From an uncultured Endomicrobiia bacterium (lineage in GTDB: Bacteria; Elusimicrobiota; Endomicrobiia; Endomicrobiales; Endomicrobiaceae): a stretch of DNA of 56,034 bases. The number at the start of each line of letters is the position of its first letter. Positions within the stretch are counted from its first letter, which is position 1. The translations under genes and the position numbers were made by a program. Shown piece by piece: positions 7,607 through 17,330 of this stretch. The notes under the pieces were generated by a model that did no database searches, was not told the origin of the DNA, and was given only the letters and a program-made list of their open reading frames with translations. The DNA is taken from positions 1 to 56,034 of the forward strand of contig CAJOJJ010000001.1 of the NCBI GenBank assembly GCA_905234925.1, read 5' to 3'.

Positions 7607-7767
7607 AAAAAAATCGCTTTGCAATTTTCCGGCTGAAAAGCTGAACAGCTGATAAGTTTAAGGTACTTTATACTATAGATTCCCGACCAACGGCTCTTCG
7701 GGAATGACAGACGAAACGGCAATGTACAATGTATAATGTACAATAAACGGCAACGACTGGACGGCAA
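7607..7767. repeat. intergenic mosaic F-E-B-A between ptsI and the downstream gene
   Basis: The modules are: F AAAATCGC-TTT-GCAATTTT (7607-7628); E GCTGAAAAGCTGAACAGCTGATAAG (7631-7656); B GATTCCCGACCAACGGCTCTTCGGGAATGACAG (7678-7710); A CAATGTACAATGTATAATGTACAATAAAC plus CGGCAACGAC filler (7717-7767). Confidence 0.85.
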
Positions 7768-7770
7768 TTT

Positions 7771-9507
7771 TTATATGTATTTAAATTTCTTCATTTCGGT
7801 TTCGATTTCCGCCATTGAACTGCATTCCAAAAGTTTTGTTACCAAAATTTTTGCTTTTTCTTTCGAAACACTTCTTATAATTTTTTTAACTTGAGGAATC
7901 TGTGCAGCCGACATACTGAATTCATCAAGTCCTAAACCGAGCAGAACAACCGTATATGACGGATCTCCCGCCATTTCTCCGCACATTCCGACATCTACAC
8001 CTGCCTGATGAGCACAATCGATTATCCATTTTAAAAGTCTCAATATTGCCGGATGCATGGGATTATACAAATGAGTAATATTGGCATTTACCCTGTCAAC
8101 AGCTATAGTATACTGTATCAAATCATTAGTTCCTATAGAGAGAAAATCTACTTCCCTTGCTATAAGATCCGTAATTAAGGCTGCAGACGGCACCTCTATC
8201 ATAGCTCCGACTTTAATATTCTCATTAAACAGTTTACCTTCAATTCTTAATTCTTCTTTAGCCTGTTCCAATATTTTGTTTGCCGCTTTAATTTCCGCAA
8301 CGCTTGAAATCATCGGATACATAATTTTAATATTTCCGCATACCGAAGCTCTTAAAATACCTTTTAATTGAATTTTAAATATTTCAGGGTATTTCAAACA
8401 AAATCTTATCGCTCTCAGCCCCATGAAAGGATTGGCTTCTCTGCCGACTTCCATAAATCCGAGTTTTGCTATTTTATCGCCGCCGAGATCCATAGTTCTG
8501 ATAATGACATCATACGGCATCATCATCTTGGCAATTTGAATATAATTTTGATAATGTTCCTCTTCAGTGGGCATGGAAGATCCTGTAAGATACATAAATT
8601 CGCTTCTGTATAATCCTATACCGTTGGCACCGTGCCTTAATACGGAACGAATTTCTTTGGGAGTTTCTATATTTGCGCCGAGCTGCACCTCCGTACCGTC
8701 GGTAGTTACGGCAGGTAAATCTTTAAACTGTTCGAGAGCTTTTCTGTTGGAAAATTGTATTTCATATTCTCTTTTATAATTATTTATGGTTTCTTCAGTC
8801 GGATCAAGAATAACTATGCCGTTATTTCCGTCTATTATTATGGGCATACCTTGTTTAACATGATAACTGACGTTTTTCAAACCTACAACGGCAGGTATTT
8901 CAAGGCTGCGTGCAACAAGTGCGGTGTGGGAAGTTTTCCCTCCCAAATCGGTAGCAAAACCTCCTACCATATTTTCTCTCATGGCAACCGTGTCGGACGG
9001 CATAATATTTTTGGCAACAACAATTGAATTTTCTTCCAAATCTGCAAGAGTTTTTTTTGACTTACCGAGAAGATGAGCCGTAACTTTTTTGGCAACATCT
9101 ATCATATCATTTTTTCTTTCTCTGAAATATTCGTCTTCTATTGCATCAAAAGATTTGGAAAATTTCTTTACTACGGTATATATTGCGAATTCAGCAGTGT
9201 TTCCCTGTTTTACACAGTCTATAACTTCTTTACCTATCATAGGGTCATTTAATATCAAAATATGTGCATCGGCAATCTTTGCATAGTTCTCGCCGAGCAT
9301 TTTATTAAGTTCTGCATAATTCCGTTCAAGGTCGGCTTTTGTCTGTCTGACGGCAATTCTCAGACGGGCAAATTCTCTGTTGATTTTATTTACGGGAACA
9401 TCTTTTTTTACGGCAACCAAATCATCCTCTTCCAAAATAAAAACCTTGCCTATGGCAACACCGGAAGAAGCCGCTATACCGTTGAGAATAATGTTTTTTT
9501 GTTTCAT
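7771..9507 (-). CDS. ptsI: phosphoenolpyruvate-protein phosphotransferase (PTS Enzyme I)
   Basis: 578 aa. GGKTSHTALVARSLEIPAVVG contains the active-site His. SIGTNDLIQY and the PEP-utilising C-terminal motifs are present. Confidence 0.93.
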   Translation of the reverse strand: MKQKNIILNGIAASSGVAIGKVFILEEDDLVAVKKDVPVNKINREFARLRIAVRQTKADLERNYAELNKMLGENYAKIADAHILILNDPMIGKEVIDCVKQGNTAEFAIYTVVKKFSKSFDAIEDEYFRERKNDMIDVAKKVTAHLLGKSKKTLADLEENSIVVAKNIMPSDTVAMRENMVGGFATDLGGKTSHTALVARSLEIPAVVGLKNVSYHVKQGMPIIIDGNNGIVILDPTEETINNYKREYEIQFSNRKALEQFKDLPAVTTDGTEVQLGANIETPKEIRSVLRHGANGIGLYRSEFMYLTGSSMPTEEEHYQNYIQIAKMMMPYDVIIRTMDLGGDKIAKLGFMEVGREANPFMGLRAIRFCLKYPEIFKIQLKGILRASVCGNIKIMYPMISSVAEIKAANKILEQAKEELRIEGKLFNENIKVGAMIEVPSAALITDLIAREVDFLSIGTNDLIQYTIAVDRVNANITHLYNPMHPAILRLLKWIIDCAHQAGVDVGMCGEMAGDPSYTVVLLGLGLDEFSMSAAQIPQVKKIIRSVSKEKAKILVTKLLECSSMAEIETEMKKFKYI

Positions 9508-9776
9508 TATTTTTCTTCTCCGAAACCGCCGGCAAAAAGCTCTGCCAGCGTATTAAGTGCCGCATCCTCATCGGCACCATTCGCCTGAATTGTAAGTTCC
9601 GTACCGCAGGCTGCCGCAAGCATCATTATTCCCATGATACTTTTGGCATCAATCGTAGCTTCATCTTTAATTATATTAATCGATGAAGAGAATTTCATTG
9701 CAGCCTGCACAATCAATGATGCCGGCCTTGCATGAAGACCGAGTTTGTTGACAATTGTTACTTTTTTCTCTTTCAT
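9507..9776 (-). CDS. ptsH: phosphocarrier protein HPr
   Basis: 89 aa. GLHARPAS carries His15 and DAKSIMGIM carries the regulatory Ser46. There is a 1-nt overlap with ptsI. Confidence 0.9.
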   Translation of the reverse strand: MKEKKVTIVNKLGLHARPASLIVQAAMKFSSSINIIKDEATIDAKSIMGIMMLAAACGTELTIQANGADEDAALNTLAELFAGGFGEEK

Positions 9777-9778
9777 AT

Positions 9779-10555
9779 TTATAACCCCAAATATCCTAAT
9801 ATAAAACTTAAAATTATTGCCAAGTAAAACATAACAACGGGTTTAATTCTTCCGAGGAAAAAACTGATTATCATTATAATTCCGAACATTACGGCATCCG
9901 GATAACTGAAACCTAATCTTTCCGGTTCCAAAGCAGGAACCATTCCGAAAATCTTAAAATAAAAAAATATGGATAAAACAACTACTATCAAGCCGATAAT
10001 TCTGAATATTTCAGCAATATATTTTATCTCAAGCTTGGAAATAAGCTTAATCATTTTCTCATCAACTCTGAAACTGACTATCAACGACCAATATCTGAAT
10101 GCCAAATGAACTATGTTATATAAAACTATAAAAAGAACCGGGGCTATCCAGAAATAATTTAGACTGAACATATTCATAGAAAGTATGGTAGTCAAAATAG
10201 CTATAAACGAAACAAACGGTCTCCATGTTCCCCAAAAGAAAGAATCCCCTACGGCAGCAACAGGACCTGCCATTAAAGATTTTATCATTTCCGGTTTCTT
10301 CAAATTCTGTTCTTTACCCGAGGCAATATTTGTTTCACTGTTGATAACCATAGCAATTATGATATTGACCATATAAGGATTGGTATTAAAAAAACCAAGA
10401 TGCCTCAAAAGAACTTCTTTTCTTTTTTCTTTATCAGGATACAAACCCTTTAAAACAGGATACAAAATATACAGAAAACCTATATTTTGCAGCCTTTCAA
10501 AATTCCATAATGCCTGTAAAAAAAATGTTCTTAAAAATACAAAATTTTTAGTCAT
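9779..10555 (-). CDS. PTS mannose/sorbose-family EIID component
   Basis: The N-terminus FFLQALWNFERLQNIGFLYILYP, FNTNPYM and GDSFFWGTWRP are EIID-Man patterns in a multi-TM protein. The ATG at 10555 is preferred over the TTG at 10576, which sits in a repeat hairpin. Confidence 0.8.
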   Translation of the reverse strand: MTKNFVFLRTFFLQALWNFERLQNIGFLYILYPVLKGLYPDKEKRKEVLLRHLGFFNTNPYMVNIIIAMVINSETNIASGKEQNLKKPEMIKSLMAGPVAAVGDSFFWGTWRPFVSFIAILTTILSMNMFSLNYFWIAPVLFIVLYNIVHLAFRYWSLIVSFRVDEKMIKLISKLEIKYIAEIFRIIGLIVVVLSIFFYFKIFGMVPALEPERLGFSYPDAVMFGIIMIISFFLGRIKPVVMFYLAIILSFILGYLGL

Positions 10556-10560
10556 ATTAT

Positions 10561-10655
10561 AAAAATTGCTCCGCAATTTTTAGCTGAGCCGCGAACTCCG
10601 TCCGCTCAGCTGAAGAGCTGATAAGTTTATTGTGAAAATCGTAAAGCGATTTTTG
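10561..10655. repeat. repeat modules F-E-F between EIIC and EIID
   Basis: F is AAAATTGC-TCC-GCAATTTT (10561-10581; on the coding strand its loop reads GGAG). E is TAGCTGAGC-CGCGAACTCCGTCC-GCTCAGCTGAAGAGCTGATAAG (10582-10628). A second F, GAAAATCG-TAAA-GCGATTTTT, is at 10634-10655. Confidence 0.85.
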
Positions 10656-10681
10656 TTATTATTAGTTTTTTTGAAAACTAT

Positions 10682-11335
10682 TCACCTTTTCAGCTTTTCA
10701 CCTGCCGTTTTTATAAACGGTATGCTTATCGAGCGGAAATTATAAAGTACCGCTCCGAAACCGAACACCGGAAGATAAAACCAAGCTTTCTTAAGTGCCA
10801 CATATATGTGTATAGGCAAATAAGAAAACAACTGCCTAAACAAAAGTCCTCCGATAAGTATTATAAAAAAATACATCAAAGATGATCTGATTATAAAGAA
10901 AAACAAGCCTGCATATATTCCCAGAGAGATTCTGTGTTCCTTACCGTCTTTGACGCCTTCTTCCACCCAATGCATAATATACGTATTGAATTTACGCCCG
11001 GAAATATCAACTTCTTTATATAAATAAGCAAACGGTATCGCAACGGCTAAAGCCAAAATTGCAGCTTCCTGCGAACCTTTGAAAAAATGACATGCCCAAA
11101 TAACTGCCGTGCTTGTCATTACGGTTAAATCCAACGGTACGGCAACACCCATGGGAATTTCGTTTATCCACATCATCTCAACTATTATACCGAGCCATAA
11201 CCCTGTATGAATATCGCCGAGCAGATATCCGAATAAAGGACCGCAGAAAATCGGGCGGGATATCATAAACTGACCGAACATTGTTATATCGGCACTTAAG
11301 ATTGCACCTATGACGGCAAAAATTATTAATTCCAT
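10682..11335 (-). CDS. PTS mannose/sorbose-family EIIC component
   Basis: 217-aa polytopic membrane protein. Its position directly upstream of EIID and its N-terminal pattern (ADITMFGQFMISRPIFCGPLFGYLLGD) fit EIIC-Man. Confidence 0.75.
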   Translation of the reverse strand: MELIIFAVIGAILSADITMFGQFMISRPIFCGPLFGYLLGDIHTGLWLGIIVEMMWINEIPMGVAVPLDLTVMTSTAVIWACHFFKGSQEAAILALAVAIPFAYLYKEVDISGRKFNTYIMHWVEEGVKDGKEHRISLGIYAGLFFFIIRSSLMYFFIILIGGLLFRQLFSYLPIHIYVALKKAWFYLPVFGFGAVLYNFRSISIPFIKTAGEKLKR

Positions 11336-11355
11336 TAAAAATGTCCCACATATTC

Positions 11356-11468
11356 AGGTTATTAGGTTATTAGGTTATAAGGTTATGAGTTTATTTTTAG
11401 TTTTTTGCTTTTATCTTTTATAACCTTATAAACTTATAATCTTATAACCTTTTAAGCTTATAACCTAC
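11356..11468. repeat. module D: long imperfect palindrome made of AGGTTATT / CTTATAAC octamers
   Basis: The left arm AGGTTATTAGGTTATTAGGTTATAAGGTTATGAG and right arm ATAACCTTATAAACTTATAATCTTATAACC flank a T-rich centre. It lies between the GH57 stop and the EIIC start. Confidence 0.85.
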
Positions 11469-11469
11469 A

Positions 11470-13521
11470 TTACATTTCAACTGTTGTATTTATCTTAAAA
11501 CCAAAATCTTCATTACTGTTCAAACTAAAATTATACACACTGACCACCGTCGTACCCTGATAAGTTTTTTCATAGCCGCTGTCTGATGTGGAAACAGTCT
11601 CTATCGGACATACCCACCAATAGCAATTTATCGAACTTGAAACGGATACATCAAGCTTAAGATTTTTATCTTTACATTTCCAAAATTTTTTATCTTTTAT
11701 TTCACCTGTATCGGCAATCGTTCTGTCCGAAAAAGCAAAAACCTGCTCAACACCGAACTTAAAATTCATAGCAATATCGGAAAGATTTTTTATTTTATAT
11801 TCAACTTCATAACCTGCGGATTTTAACGGTTTTATTATTTTAATTATTTTAACGGGCAAATGTTTATCATCGTACCATACGTGTCCGCATCTTGAAAGAG
11901 CCAAACCGTCTTTAACAATTTCCGCATCATATCTGCCCAATACAAAATCTCCGTCCTCTTTAAATTTCATTCCGTAAAGACTGTCGTAGACAGTATCCTT
12001 ATTAAAAAAATGATCAAGAAGAGACGATTTTCTGTACCAATCGTAAACCAAATGATTTTCAAGACCGAGTTCCTTAACTTTAACGGCATCCGTATGAATT
12101 GAGGTAAACTCTTTTGAGTCGGTAACGTTATTATTTTCAATAGCTTCTTTTAACTTCTTGTGATACCCTTCGTATCTTCTTGTAAGAACATTTGATAAAT
12201 TATAATTTTTATTCATTATATCAAATTCAAAAATACTTCCTCCGTTTTCGGCATCAACATAAATATTCTGATTTTCACTTTCATACAAAAATTCATCTAC
12301 GCTGTCACAATCAAAATCGTTTTTCATCCAAGAATTTTTCGGAGAGAATTTTTTGTTATATAAATTCTCCGCTTTCAATAAATGTTCATAAACGGCATTT
12401 CTTAAATGAGGCAGATACAACCCTCCGAACACGCCGTGCCAATATGCACAATTACACTGCCCGGCATAAAGCTCTTTCTGCATATCGGAAGATATATCAA
12501 TTTTTTTATTTTGGAACTTTGTACTTAACCTTACCATCTTTTTATGCATATTATTAACTTCATCATATTTACTTAAAAAGTTTCTCCAAAATCCTCCTCG
12601 TATAAAAGGCTTAAACTCGGGAGTAAATTCATTCTGCTTAACAAATCTGTCAAAATCGTTCTGAACGGACGACGGCAAAGACCACTCGCCCATTTCAAAA
12701 TAAGAATTCGTCTGCAAATATATTCTTCCGGCAGGTTTAAACGTATTTAAGACTTCGGAAAAAGTTGCCGTCTCAACTATGTCGGAATTCTCTTCAAGTG
12801 CCGTTAAAAATTTTTCAAGCCATTTGTTTTCATAAACGTGTTTATCCGTTCCCGGCCACATACCGAATTTTTCGCCGTCGTCAGCCATAACTACTGCTAT
12901 ATCCTTATCTTCGTTTGCAAGCTGCTTAAAATATTCCATACATACACTTACATCCTGAAAAGGAATCAAATATCTTAATCTTTGGCTTATTGGAAAAACG
13001 CTCAACGCCTTTCCTTCATCTTCAGTAGTATAATAACCTTTTAACTCATGTTCCTTTAAACCTGATGCCATAAAATGTACATCATCTAAAATCGTATATT
13101 TTATTCCCGCATTTGCAAAATCTTTTACAAGAGACGGTTCCCAAACTCTTTCCGCAACCCATGCGCCTTTCGGCTCGTAATCAAAAGTTTTTTTTATGAA
13201 ATCCGACAACTGCTTTATTTGTCCGTATCTGTCGGCAGACGGTATGACTGAAAGGATAGGTTCGTAATAACCGCCAGAAATCAACTCCAATCGTCCGGAA
13301 GAAATCATTTTCTTTACGGTTTTGATATATGCAGGATGAGACTGTACCATAAATTCCCACAACATACCGCTGGAATGAAGATTCCATTTAATTGATTTAT
13401 GTTTCAACATCACGTCGATAAAAGGTTTGTACGCAACTTTATAACCTTTTTCAAAAACCCATTTAAAATTCCCTATCGGTTGATGATTATGTATTCCTAA
13501 AACAAATTTAATCTTTTTCAT
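11470..13521 (-). CDS. glycoside hydrolase family 57 enzyme (alpha-amylase / 4-alpha-glucanotransferase type), cytoplasmic
   Basis: 683 aa. The N-terminus FVLGIHNHQPIGNF, GRLELISGGYYEPIL and WVAERVWEP are GH57 signatures. No signal peptide is present. Confidence 0.85.
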   Translation of the reverse strand: MKKIKFVLGIHNHQPIGNFKWVFEKGYKVAYKPFIDVMLKHKSIKWNLHSSGMLWEFMVQSHPAYIKTVKKMISSGRLELISGGYYEPILSVIPSADRYGQIKQLSDFIKKTFDYEPKGAWVAERVWEPSLVKDFANAGIKYTILDDVHFMASGLKEHELKGYYTTEDEGKALSVFPISQRLRYLIPFQDVSVCMEYFKQLANEDKDIAVVMADDGEKFGMWPGTDKHVYENKWLEKFLTALEENSDIVETATFSEVLNTFKPAGRIYLQTNSYFEMGEWSLPSSVQNDFDRFVKQNEFTPEFKPFIRGGFWRNFLSKYDEVNNMHKKMVRLSTKFQNKKIDISSDMQKELYAGQCNCAYWHGVFGGLYLPHLRNAVYEHLLKAENLYNKKFSPKNSWMKNDFDCDSVDEFLYESENQNIYVDAENGGSIFEFDIMNKNYNLSNVLTRRYEGYHKKLKEAIENNNVTDSKEFTSIHTDAVKVKELGLENHLVYDWYRKSSLLDHFFNKDTVYDSLYGMKFKEDGDFVLGRYDAEIVKDGLALSRCGHVWYDDKHLPVKIIKIIKPLKSAGYEVEYKIKNLSDIAMNFKFGVEQVFAFSDRTIADTGEIKDKKFWKCKDKNLKLDVSVSSSINCYWWVCPIETVSTSDSGYEKTYQGTTVVSVYNFSLNSNEDFGFKINTTVEM

Positions 13522-13532
13522 TTATATTTATC

Positions 13533-14042
13533 CTATTTTGCAGATATCCCGAGTAATTCTGCCTCTTTTTGTATATCAAAAACTATATTATATTTCTCAT
13601 CCTGAGGCAATGCGCGTGCTTCCAACTCCACACCAAAAGATAAAAGCCTCAAGAAAGATTCAACATCGTTTCTGTCTACCGACAAATTTGTCAACAACTG
13701 TTTTTTTCCGTGGCTGTAATGCATTCCTCCGACGTTGACGGACTGAAATTGTATGCCGTCGTTTAAAACTCTCACAACATCCTGAGGATTGGAAAATAAA
13801 ATCATAAGTCTGTCACTATCGTAAACACCGTTTGATAAATCATACGATGCATCTTTAATATTCTTTATAATAAGTTTAACGGAACCCGGAACTGCCATAG
13901 ACATCAATATTTGCTGCATTTCGTCTGCGGCAACTTCATCCGATACGACAAGAATTTTATCAATTTGAACAGTCTTTAACCAGCCCTGAACTATCTGACC
14001 ATGAATCAACCTATCGTCGATACGAACTACTTTTATACTCAC
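13533..14042 (-). CDS. PTS mannose/sorbose-family EIIB component
   Basis: VVRIDDRLIHGQIVQGW contains the phospho-His. The GTG at 14042 follows CAGGAG by 6 nt and gives the usual N-terminus; the TTG at 14060 in the ORF track is probably upstream of the real start. Confidence 0.85.
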   Translation of the reverse strand: MSIKVVRIDDRLIHGQIVQGWLKTVQIDKILVVSDEVAADEMQQILMSMAVPGSVKLIIKNIKDASYDLSNGVYDSDRLMILFSNPQDVVRVLNDGIQFQSVNVGGMHYSHGKKQLLTNLSVDRNDVESFLRLLSFGVELEARALPQDEKYNIVFDIQKEAELLGISAK

Positions 14043-14090
14043 ATCAAACTCCTGTTGCAAAATTTATAAACAAGATACTTTTATACTATA

Positions 14091-14125
14091 GATTCCCGTC
14101 CAACGGCTCTGCGGGAATGACAAAC
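14091..14125. repeat. module B REP-like hairpin between EIIA and EIIB
   Basis: GATTCCCGTCCAACGGCTCTGCGGGAATGACAAAC. The arm changes (GAC to GTC, TTCGGG to TGCGGG) keep the stem pairing relative to the copies at 881 and 7678. It has the same ACTTT(T)ATACTATA 5' flank as the 7678 copy. Confidence 0.85.
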
Positions 14126-14167
14126 TTTGTGAATTTTAACAATAATTTCTAAATGCTAATTGTATTT

Positions 14168-14584
14168 TCAGTTTTTCAATTTTTCTGCCATCAGTTGTTT
14201 GGCATTCACAATACTTTTCTGCCCGTCCGATATAACTTTATCCGCAAGTTCTTTTGCGGTTACAGCAATTTTACTTGTAAACACTGCAGAAAGCAGCATA
14301 GGCAAATTTACACCGGTCAAAATTTCCAAATTATATTTCTTTGTAAGCAAAAGTGCCGCATTGCAAGGAGTTCCGCCGAGCATATCGGTTAAAACGAGCG
14401 TTCCTTCTGGTTTATTTATTCTGCCGAGAATCTCGTCGATTTTAAGCTGCAAACTCTGAAGATTTTCATTTTTAATATCTTTATCTATACAAAACAAATT
14501 TTCCTGTTTGCCTGCAATAACTTCGGCAGTAGCAATAAGTTCCTTAGTTAAATTACAGTGAGAAATTATTAGAATATTTATCAT
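14168..14584 (-). CDS. PTS mannose/sorbose-family EIIA component
   Basis: 138 aa. The N-terminus MINILIISHCNLTKELIATAEVI carries the conserved His near position 9-10. It overlaps the yvcK stop by 4 nt. Confidence 0.8.
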   Translation of the reverse strand: MINILIISHCNLTKELIATAEVIAGKQENLFCIDKDIKNENLQSLQLKIDEILGRINKPEGTLVLTDMLGGTPCNAALLLTKKYNLEILTGVNLPMLLSAVFTSKIAVTAKELADKVISDGQKSIVNAKQLMAEKLKN

Positions 14585-15543
14585 TTCATACTCCTTAAAA
14601 AGCTGAAAATAGTTTTAGATAATTTGGTAAAATCATGATGTGCATACTGACTTTTTGAAACCAAGTCTTTCTTTATCAACTTAATATTTTTATTTCTCAT
14701 TTTATCGATTTTTACCGGTACCGAATTGTATATTTTATATCTTTCCTTAACTGATTTCGGTATCATTCCGTTATTTACTATTACGGCATCCAAAACATTG
14801 TCATAAGAATGTTTTATTATCGCATCGATATGATCGCCTAAAGTATAGTTCGATGTTTCACCGTCCTGCGTCATAATATTGGATATATAAATTTTAACGG
14901 CATTTGATTTTTTCAAAGCGGAAACAATACCGTCAAAAAGCAAATTAACTATTACCGAAGTATACAATGAACCTGGTCCGAATATCACGCAGTCTGCATC
15001 GATTATGGATTTTATTACATCTTTCGAAACTTTTGCATTTTTAGGTTCTATCTCGACGGTATCAATAGTATACTTACTTTTGGAAATATTCGTTTCGCCC
15101 TTAACTTTCTTTCCGTCGACAAGAGTTGCCTTAAGTTTGACATTATCCAGAGATACGGGAAGAACTTTTCCTTTTATTGCAAGCACATCGCTTGCGTTAA
15201 GAATTGCTTTATCAAAACCGCCGGAAACGGAAGTCAGTGCCGTCAAAAACAAATTGCCGAAAGAATGATTTGAAAGTCCTCCCTTTTTCGGGAATCTGTA
15301 TTGAAAGAGCCTTGTTATTAAATTTTCTTCCTCGGAAAGAGCCACCAAACAGTTTCTTATATCCCCGGGAGGAAGAACACCGAGTTCTTTTCTCAGTTTA
15401 CCGGAACTGCCTCCGTCGTCGGAAACAGTTACAACCGCAGTAATATCGCAATTATATTTCTTCAATCCTCTCAGCAGGGTAGACAATCCTGTTCCCCCGC
15501 CCAAAGCAGTAATCTTATATTTTTTATTTTTTTTATCCTGCAC
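14581..15543 (-). CDS. yvcK: YvcK/CofD-family gluconeogenesis factor (UPF0052)
   Basis: ITALGGGTGLSTLLRGLK, VTVSDDGGSSG and FGPGSLYTS motifs identify it. It is in its conserved position after rapZ. Confidence 0.88.
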   Translation of the reverse strand: MQDKKNKKYKITALGGGTGLSTLLRGLKKYNCDITAVVTVSDDGGSSGKLRKELGVLPPGDIRNCLVALSEEENLITRLFQYRFPKKGGLSNHSFGNLFLTALTSVSGGFDKAILNASDVLAIKGKVLPVSLDNVKLKATLVDGKKVKGETNISKSKYTIDTVEIEPKNAKVSKDVIKSIIDADCVIFGPGSLYTSVIVNLLFDGIVSALKKSNAVKIYISNIMTQDGETSNYTLGDHIDAIIKHSYDNVLDAVIVNNGMIPKSVKERYKIYNSVPVKIDKMRNKNIKLIKKDLVSKSQYAHHDFTKLSKTIFSFLRSMK

Positions 15544-16393
15544 GAAGAATATCCCTGTGGTAGAGTTTTACTTTAAATTTGTTTTTTGTAAAAAACTTTG
15601 CCAATTTTTCTGCCGTCGCTACGGAACGGTGTCTGCCGCCGGTACAGCCTACGGCAATCGTCAACTGGCTTTTTCCCTCTTTTATATAACCCGGAATCAA
15701 ATCTTTCAACAGTCGGGAAATTTTATCGAAAAACGGTTTGTATTCTTTCTGTTTTTCTATATATTTAACAACCTCAATATCTTTTCCCGTTTTTGTTTTA
15801 AGTCCGGAAACATAATTCGGGTTAGGCACAAAACGAACATCAAAAACCATATCGGCTTCAGCTGCAATTCCGTATTTGAATCCGAAAGACATTATCGATA
15901 ATAAAAGCTGTCTTTTATCGGAACTTAAACCTATAAGCCGTGCCAAAGTATTCTTAAGTTCACCTATTGTCATATTCGTGGTATCTATTTCCTGATCGGC
16001 AACTTTCTGAACAACTTTCAACATCTTACGCTCGGCCTTAATTCCGTCTTTCACGATAACACCCAGCGGGTGTCTGCGTCTTGTTTCAGAATATCTTTTT
16101 AATATTGTTCCGTCGTCGGCATTCAAGAAAAAAACCTCATTATCTATCTTTTCTTTCTTCAATTCCGCAAGGATGTCCGTTATTTTACTGATATTCTTTC
16201 CTGCCCGCACGTCAATACTAAGTGCAACATTTTTGTATTCGTTTCTGTTTTTCTTGTACAGCTTAATAAATTCCGAGACAAAATCCAAAGGCATATTATC
16301 GACGCAGACATAACCGAAATCTTCCAAGAGATTCAACACTTGGCTCTTTCCCGCACCCGATATACCTGAAATTATCAGAAATTTATTCTTCAT
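15533..16393 (-). CDS. rapZ: RNase adapter / nucleotide-binding protein RapZ (YvcJ)
   Basis: The Walker A ISGISGAGKS, LSIDVR, FVPNPNY and the C-terminal GCTGGRHRSV motif identify it. Confidence 0.9.
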   Translation of the reverse strand: MKNKFLIISGISGAGKSQVLNLLEDFGYVCVDNMPLDFVSEFIKLYKKNRNEYKNVALSIDVRAGKNISKITDILAELKKEKIDNEVFFLNADDGTILKRYSETRRRHPLGVIVKDGIKAERKMLKVVQKVADQEIDTTNMTIGELKNTLARLIGLSSDKRQLLLSIMSFGFKYGIAAEADMVFDVRFVPNPNYVSGLKTKTGKDIEVVKYIEKQKEYKPFFDKISRLLKDLIPGYIKEGKSQLTIAVGCTGGRHRSVATAEKLAKFFTKNKFKVKLYHRDILRAG

Positions 16394-17327
16394 TTTTATT
16401 TTTTATTTCTTGTATAAGTTTTTTGTTCATTTCAACAGCGGCAAAATATCCTCTGTTTTTCAATCTTTGATTGAGACTTGCCGTCTCAACGATAACAGCC
16501 AAGTTTCTTCCCGGTGCTACCGGCACGGTAATCTCGGGAACTTTAACGCCTAAAATATCGGTAAAATGCTCTCTGATTCCCAAACGCTCAACACCGTCGG
16601 CTTCGTTCCAGTGAACAAGATTTATGACAAGCTCAATTTTTGATTCGTCTAGAATATTTGCTATACCGAACATATTTCTTATGTCAATTACACCTACCCC
16701 TCTAAGCTCCATATGATGCTTTACTACACCTGTCGCTTTGCCCATCAAAACTCTTCCGGAACGTTTTTTTATTTCCACAATATCGTCGGAAACCAACATA
16801 TGCCCTCTTTTTACAAGTTCCAATGCACATTCGGATTTTCCGACTCCGGATTTACCTCTGATGAACACTCCCAGCCCGTACACATTGCACAGCACGCCGT
16901 GAACTTTCTGCATGGGAGCAAGCTTTTCGTCCAAATAAAAAAGAAGGTCTCCCAAAAGCTGTGCCGACGATAACGGCGTGCTTAAGAGAGGCACTTTCAA
17001 TCTATCAAAAACTTCCGACATTGATTTTAGCGGTTCAAATGACCTTGTAATAATACAGCACGGAACCTGCTTGGGCGAGAAAACTTTAGTCAACATTTCG
17101 CATTGTTTTTCATACGAAAGAGAAGTAAGGAAAGTATGCTCGGCAATGCCTATTATCTGTACCCTTTCATACGGTAAATGAGCAAAATAACCTGCGAATG
17201 CAAGCCCCGGTCTGTTGGTATCGGGAACGGTAATCTCCTTTCCCAAACCTCCGGAACCTGCAATTAACGTAAGTTTTAAATCTTCCGCTTTTTCGTCGAT
17301 TAAAGTGCCAACCGTTAAAACCGGCAT
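16383..17327 (-). CDS. hprK: HPr kinase/phosphorylase
   Basis: GVFIRGKSGVGKSECALELVKRGHMLVSDD contains the P-loop and signature. MELRGVGVIDI is also present. Confidence 0.92.
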   Translation of the reverse strand: MPVLTVGTLIDEKAEDLKLTLIAGSGGLGKEITVPDTNRPGLAFAGYFAHLPYERVQIIGIAEHTFLTSLSYEKQCEMLTKVFSPKQVPCCIITRSFEPLKSMSEVFDRLKVPLLSTPLSSAQLLGDLLFYLDEKLAPMQKVHGVLCNVYGLGVFIRGKSGVGKSECALELVKRGHMLVSDDIVEIKKRSGRVLMGKATGVVKHHMELRGVGVIDIRNMFGIANILDESKIELVINLVHWNEADGVERLGIREHFTDILGVKVPEITVPVAPGRNLAVIVETASLNQRLKNRGYFAAVEMNKKLIQEIKNKNEE

Positions 17328-17330
17328 TGT

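Noticed and set aside
7594-7767. N-terminal extensions proposed by the ORF track. These are 7594-7767, 2640-2705, 31853-31948, 24199-24264, 10556-10576, 14043-14060, 43132-43173, 45800-45841, 48166-48225, 49818-49850 and 50790-50864.
   Set aside because: The extensions mostly begin at TTG (24264 and 7767 at ATG), run through repeat modules or promoter-like sequence, and lack an RBS. Internal ATG/GTG codons with good RBS give the canonical N-termini of the families.
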